DNA of 30,713 bases, taken from the IMG/VR virus record IMGVR_UViG_3300043394_000476, positions 1 through 30,713 of that record; one strand, 5' to 3'. The notes beneath the pieces were generated by a model. That model saw only the letters and a program-made list of their open reading frames with translations, ran no database searches and had not been told where the DNA came from. The stretch comes from a virus. Its lineage: Duplodnaviria; Caudoviricetes. The position numbers were made by a program, and so were the translations under genes. Of this stretch, positions 27,350-30,713 are shown piece after piece (the first letter of the stretch is position 1; each line of letters starts with the position of its first letter).

Positions 27350-27803
27350 AGTAGATTATCAAAAACTGGCATTGTTAGCGCTACCCGCATTTTTGCGAAA
27401 GCCAATTACTGTGGGCTACTTGCAGGCTTTGATTGTGCCCATTGCAAATATGTATGACAAGTGGCGCTGGTATAGAGATGAGAATTTATATAGAGTACAC
27501 CATACAGGGCAAGTATGCTATTTACGCAAAGTATTGAACGATAAGTTAGACCCAAGTTTAAGGCGTATTTATATTGGTGATGGACAACGGTACAAACGAA
27601 AATACCTTTATACAAAAGGCGAAAATAAATCTGTTTTTTTGAAAACAATGTATTTGAGAGAGGCGGCTGATTATGCCGATACTGGCGTAGATTTTAATGT
27701 ATACGCGCCAAAGTCGATTATTGATAACTCAATTTATGAATTAAGATCACTGATTGATTATTACAAACTGGGTGGAAAAAAATATAAAATCAATGTACTA
27801 TGA
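27339..27803 (+). CDS. baseplate wedge protein (I-like)
   Basis: GQVCYLRKVLND, IDYYKL.GK; ATG 27339. Confidence 0.65.
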   Translation: MWYKVDYQKLALLALPAFLRKPITVGYLQALIVPIANMYDKWRWYRDENLYRVHHTGQVCYLRKVLNDKLDPSLRRIYIGDGQRYKRKYLYTKGENKSVFLKTMYLREAADYADTGVDFNVYAPKSIIDNSIYELRSLIDYYKLGGKKYKINVL

Positions 27804-28096
27804 ATGAATCTTTAATTAACCTATTTACGATTGCCATTACAGGTGGAATCAGTGGATTTTTTGGTTGGTTTATCCAAAAAAAGACAAAACAAACTGAGGC
27901 ACAACGCAACGAGATTGATAACGCTGATAAGGTGCTTAAATACTACCGACAGATGGTGGACGACCTAGGGCAACGACTTACAGAAGCGATTAAAGAATTA
28001 GCGGAAGCCCGAAAGGCTATACATGAGCTCGAGCAAAAGGTGGAGGGACTAACCACAGAGCTGAGTAAATACAAACAACTAAACGGTAAGAAATAA
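27800..28096 (+). CDS. single-TM coiled-coil protein, holin-like candidate
   Basis: N-terminal TM (LFTIAITGGISGFFGWFI) then basic patch and coiled coil. Confidence 0.5.
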   Translation: MNESLINLFTIAITGGISGFFGWFIQKKTKQTEAQRNEIDNADKVLKYYRQMVDDLGQRLTEAIKELAEARKAIHELEQKVEGLTTELSKYKQLNGKK

Positions 28097-28905
28097 TGAA
28101 TTTGTATAATTTTTTACAAACTGGTGGCTTCCCGATGGACGTCAATGTGCTGGATAATATGCAAAAAGCGTATCAGCTATTTAACGAACTTGGGGCTTTG
28201 GCGGGGGATTTATCTGTTATAAAAGGCTGTGAACTTTCAGGAAACACTGTTAGCAATGGCGTAGTTTATATAAATGGAGAAGTGCTTGAGTTTAGATCAG
28301 GAATAATATCTGACAACGTAGTAATTGTGGAAGAACCCACTAATAGTGAGTTTGAAAATGGGCAGGTTAAGACGATCCATTATGTGCGTTATGCGACTTT
28401 TGGAGTGGCCACCACAAGCTATCCTTGGGCGAGTTTTAAGCGTACTTTTCCTACTAAGGAAATTGCGGGAGCTTTACAGAATAAAGCAGAAGCCTCGGTT
28501 GTGTCTGCCTTGATTGAAAGATTAATTACTCTCGAAACTAAATTAGCAACAATTGCTACGGGAGCAGAAGTCAATGTTCCTATTGATTGGTCTGCAACTG
28601 AAGGGGATGGAGTAATTTTGAATAAACCTATAATTGTATCTCCTTTTTTATATAAAGGGACATTTTCTGTTGGAGATGTGGCAGCTCCTGGAGCTGATAC
28701 TACGCTAACAATTCCTATTCAAGACGTGGGAACTTCAAACTATGTAGTTGTTGGATCACTTGTTTCTAGAGCTAGCGTACTTGTAGATAACGATGTTTGG
28801 TGGATTACCAAAAATCTTACTCCTACCTCTTTCCAATTATCTCTTCGTGAAGCGGCTAATGGAACGCAAAATTTAGAATTTAGATACGCATTAATAGCAC
28901 TATAA
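28096..28905 (+). CDS. tail fibre/receptor-binding-type protein
   Basis: TGGFP N-terminus, GVVYINGEV, GAEVNV..DW, beta-rich C-terminal domain. Confidence 0.65.
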   Translation: MNLYNFLQTGGFPMDVNVLDNMQKAYQLFNELGALAGDLSVIKGCELSGNTVSNGVVYINGEVLEFRSGIISDNVVIVEEPTNSEFENGQVKTIHYVRYATFGVATTSYPWASFKRTFPTKEIAGALQNKAEASVVSALIERLITLETKLATIATGAEVNVPIDWSATEGDGVILNKPIIVSPFLYKGTFSVGDVAAPGADTTLTIPIQDVGTSNYVVVGSLVSRASVLVDNDVWWITKNLTPTSFQLSLREAANGTQNLEFRYALIAL

Positions 28906-28907
28906 TT

Positions 28908-29363
28908 ATGGCAAGTTTAAATACAATTAAAAACTGGTTTAAAACTGGTTTAAAACCGACTGAACTGCAGTTTTGGGACACTTGGGATAGTTTTTGGCAC
29001 AAGGATGAAAATATCCCTGTCGACAATATTGAAGGGATTGACAATTTGCTTAACCAAAAGGCAAATAAAAGTATTTTGGATGACCATTTGGATAGTCAAA
29101 ATGCACATCATGAATTATTTAGTTCTAAGGCAAATAAGGAAGAGTTAGATAATCATTTAGAAGATGTAGAAGCTCATGCCAATTTGTTTGCAACAATAAG
29201 GATTATCCCTCACGGTAAGCGACTAGTTTTTGAAAAAGAAGGCAAAATAAATCCTGGGACTTTGGCAGAGGGCGATTTCTGTATGGGATTTGTTGAAAAT
29301 CAGTTTATCAATGCAGACTATCTAGGGGGCGATGAGAATGCCCTAACCTCTTATGACGTTTAA
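28908..29363 (+). CDS. short tail-fibre anchor/adaptor protein
   Basis: IKNWFKTGLKPT..QFW..WDSFWHK fibre N-terminal motif; two KANK..LD.HL....AH..LF repeats. Confidence 0.6.
   Translation: MASLNTIKNWFKTGLKPTELQFWDTWDSFWHKDENIPVDNIEGIDNLLNQKANKSILDDHLDSQNAHHELFSSKANKEELDNHLEDVEAHANLFATIRIIPHGKRLVFEKEGKINPGTLAEGDFCMGFVENQFINADYLGGDENALTSYDV
29058..29189 (+). repeat. 2 x 23-codon coding repeat
   Basis: KANKSILDDHLDSQNAHHELF / KANKEELDNHLEDVEAHANLF, 69-nt period. Confidence 0.75.
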
Positions 29364-29382
29364 CAATTTAATTTTTTATATA

Positions 29383-30713
29383 ATGAAAAAACTAATTTTA
29401 ATTTTATGTGCCTTTATGGCAATTACAGCAACGGCGCAAACAACACCTTCCTACCCAACAGTCAAATTAACAAAACCTGCAACTGGTGCGATTACAGATG
29501 ACATACTGACCATTGGTGAAAGCAAAAATATTAATAAAGTATCTAAGGCTAGTTTATTGATTGGATTGGCAACGACTACTTATGTTGATTCCGCTGATGC
29601 AACAAAAGAACCTATAATTTCCTTTGGAACAAACTTGCAGTATTTGAGAGGAGATAAATCATGGCAAACACTTCCTACTTATACTTTGAGCGGGTTGGGT
29701 GGGCAACCTTTAATTGCTGCAGGAACTGCCTCTCAATATTGGCGCGGGGATAAAACGTGGCAAGCGTTAGATAAGGCTGCTGTTGGATTAGGTAATGTAG
29801 ATAATACCTCAGATACCAACAAACCAGTTTCAACTTCTACACAAACTGCTTTGAATACAAAAGCGAATGTTGCAGATGTGACTTCTTCTTTAGCTTTGAA
29901 AGCTAATCTAGCCTCGCCAATTTTTACCGGAACAGTTTCGGGTATAGATAAAACCATGGTTGGTTTGCCTAATGTTGATAATACATCAGATGCCAACAAA
30001 CCAGTTTCAACCGCTACACAAGCGGCTTTAAATTTAAAGGAAAATTTGTCAAACAAAAACACAGCCAACGGATATGCTGGTCTAGGAGCTGATGGTAAAT
30101 TAATATCTAATCAGTTACCTGCTATAGCTATAACTGATACTTATGTAATAAATACACAAGCTGCAATGCTAGCTTTGACTGCCGAAACTGGCGATGTAGC
30201 AATTAGAACAGATTTAAACAAAAGCTTTATTCTTCAAGGTGCAACCGCAAGTATATTGAGCAACTGGCAGGAGTTATTAAGCCCTACAGGTGGTACAACT
30301 TCTGTTTTTGGAAGAACTGGCTCCGTAGTTGCTAATGCTGGAGATTATAATACTAGCCAAGTAACAGAGATAGGAAATTTGTACTATACAGACGCGCGCG
30401 TAAATGCTAATGCTAATGTGTCGGCAAATACAGCCGCAAGGCATAACGCCGTTACTATTGGTACTGCCAATGGATTGTCATTAAGTGCTCAAGCATTATC
30501 CCTAGGGTTGGCGAGTAGCACCTCAAATGGGGCTTTATCATCTACAGATTGGAATACTTTTAACGGAAAGCAAAACGCACTTGGTTTTACTCCTTATAAC
30601 TCCACCAACCCAAGTGGATATATTACTGGTTTGAGTTGGGCAGGTCTTTCAAGTAAACCGACTACATTGGCTGGTTTTGGTATAACTGATGCTTATCCTT
30701 TAAGTGGAAATCC
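29383..30713 (+). CDS. tail fibre protein with N-terminal Sec signal peptide, 3'-partial (>=443 aa; not in ORF track)
   Basis: Open to window end; MKKLILILCAFMAITATA|Q; fibre motifs VGLGNVDNTSD..KPVST, KANLASPIFTGT, SVFGRTG, KPTTLAGFGITDA. Confidence 0.85.
   Translation, partial: MKKLILILCAFMAITATAQTTPSYPTVKLTKPATGAITDDILTIGESKNINKVSKASLLIGLATTTYVDSADATKEPIISFGTNLQYLRGDKSWQTLPTYTLSGLGGQPLIAAGTASQYWRGDKTWQALDKAAVGLGNVDNTSDTNKPVSTSTQTALNTKANVADVTSSLALKANLASPIFTGTVSGIDKTMVGLPNVDNTSDANKPVSTATQAALNLKENLSNKNTANGYAGLGADGKLISNQLPAIAITDTYVINTQAAMLALTAETGDVAIRTDLNKSFILQGATASILSNWQELLSPTGGTTSVFGRTGSVVANAGDYNTSQVTEIGNLYYTDARVNANANVSANTAARHNAVTIGTANGLSLSAQALSLGLASSTSNGALSSTDWNTFNGKQNALGFTPYNSTNPSGYITGLSWAGLSSKPTTLAGFGITDAYPLSGN
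29770..30039 (+). repeat. 2 x ~31-codon fibre shaft repeat, 177-nt period
   Basis: Exact 19-mer CCAACAAACCAGTTTCAAC at 29816-29834 and 29993-30011. Confidence 0.8.

Larger units (their letters stand above)
1..30713. mobile_element. Mu-like (transposable) contractile-tailed prophage, internal portion
   Basis: DDE transposase + MuB-like ATPase + Mu-type portal/gp36/MuF/gpG + sheath/tube/baseplate; phage genes run off both edges. Confidence 0.95.

Noticed and set aside
19357-29363. Extracellular contractile injection system or tailocin
   Set aside because: Capsid, portal, terminase and transposase are present, so this is a phage.
29770-30039. DGR template/variable repeat or invertible segment
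   Set aside because: Differences are not adenine-specific, repeats are in-frame shaft units, and no reverse transcriptase or invertase is in the window.
1348-30068. Many short antisense or alternate-frame ORFs in the track (e.g. 16274-16750, 27004-27405, 29733-30068)
   Set aside because: Nested in well-supported genes, no motifs; shadow ORFs.
1-30713. CRISPR array or phage end (TG...CA att) sites
   Set aside because: No regularly spaced repeats seen; phage genes continue past both edges.

Overview
The window is the interior of a Mu-like transposable prophage with a contractile tail, from an AT-rich Bacteroidota host (probably Flavobacteriaceae, judged from TAnnTTTG promoter boxes, A-rich SD-less starts and protein families). 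Neither phage end is in the window. Left to right: a Ner-like HTH fragment, a DDE transposase, a MuB-like ATPase, a second ATPase, then small early/accessory genes including a tRNA-like RNA and a lipoprotein moron, and a Mor/C-like regulator. An inverted packaging block on the - strand follows (TerS, TerL, gp36, portal, MuF with a HEXXH extension, gpG, tail terminator). A divergent + strand block encodes protease/scaffold, capsid, M15 endolysin, u-spanin, sheath, tube, chaperone, tape measure, baseplate and fibres. Top observations: (1) a classic -1 frameshift signal (slippery heptamer, 6-nt spacer, GC hairpin) at the portal stop puts the portal in frame with MuF plus a metallopeptidase-like domain, and a candidate immunity gene lies antisense with its own promoter; (2) an intact tRNA cloverleaf whose anticodon loop is expanded by 32 nt into a hairpin; (3) a tail-fibre protein beginning with a Sec signal peptide, encoded after a stand-alone fibre-anchor gene. 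Family assignments come from motif recognition and synteny, not database searches.
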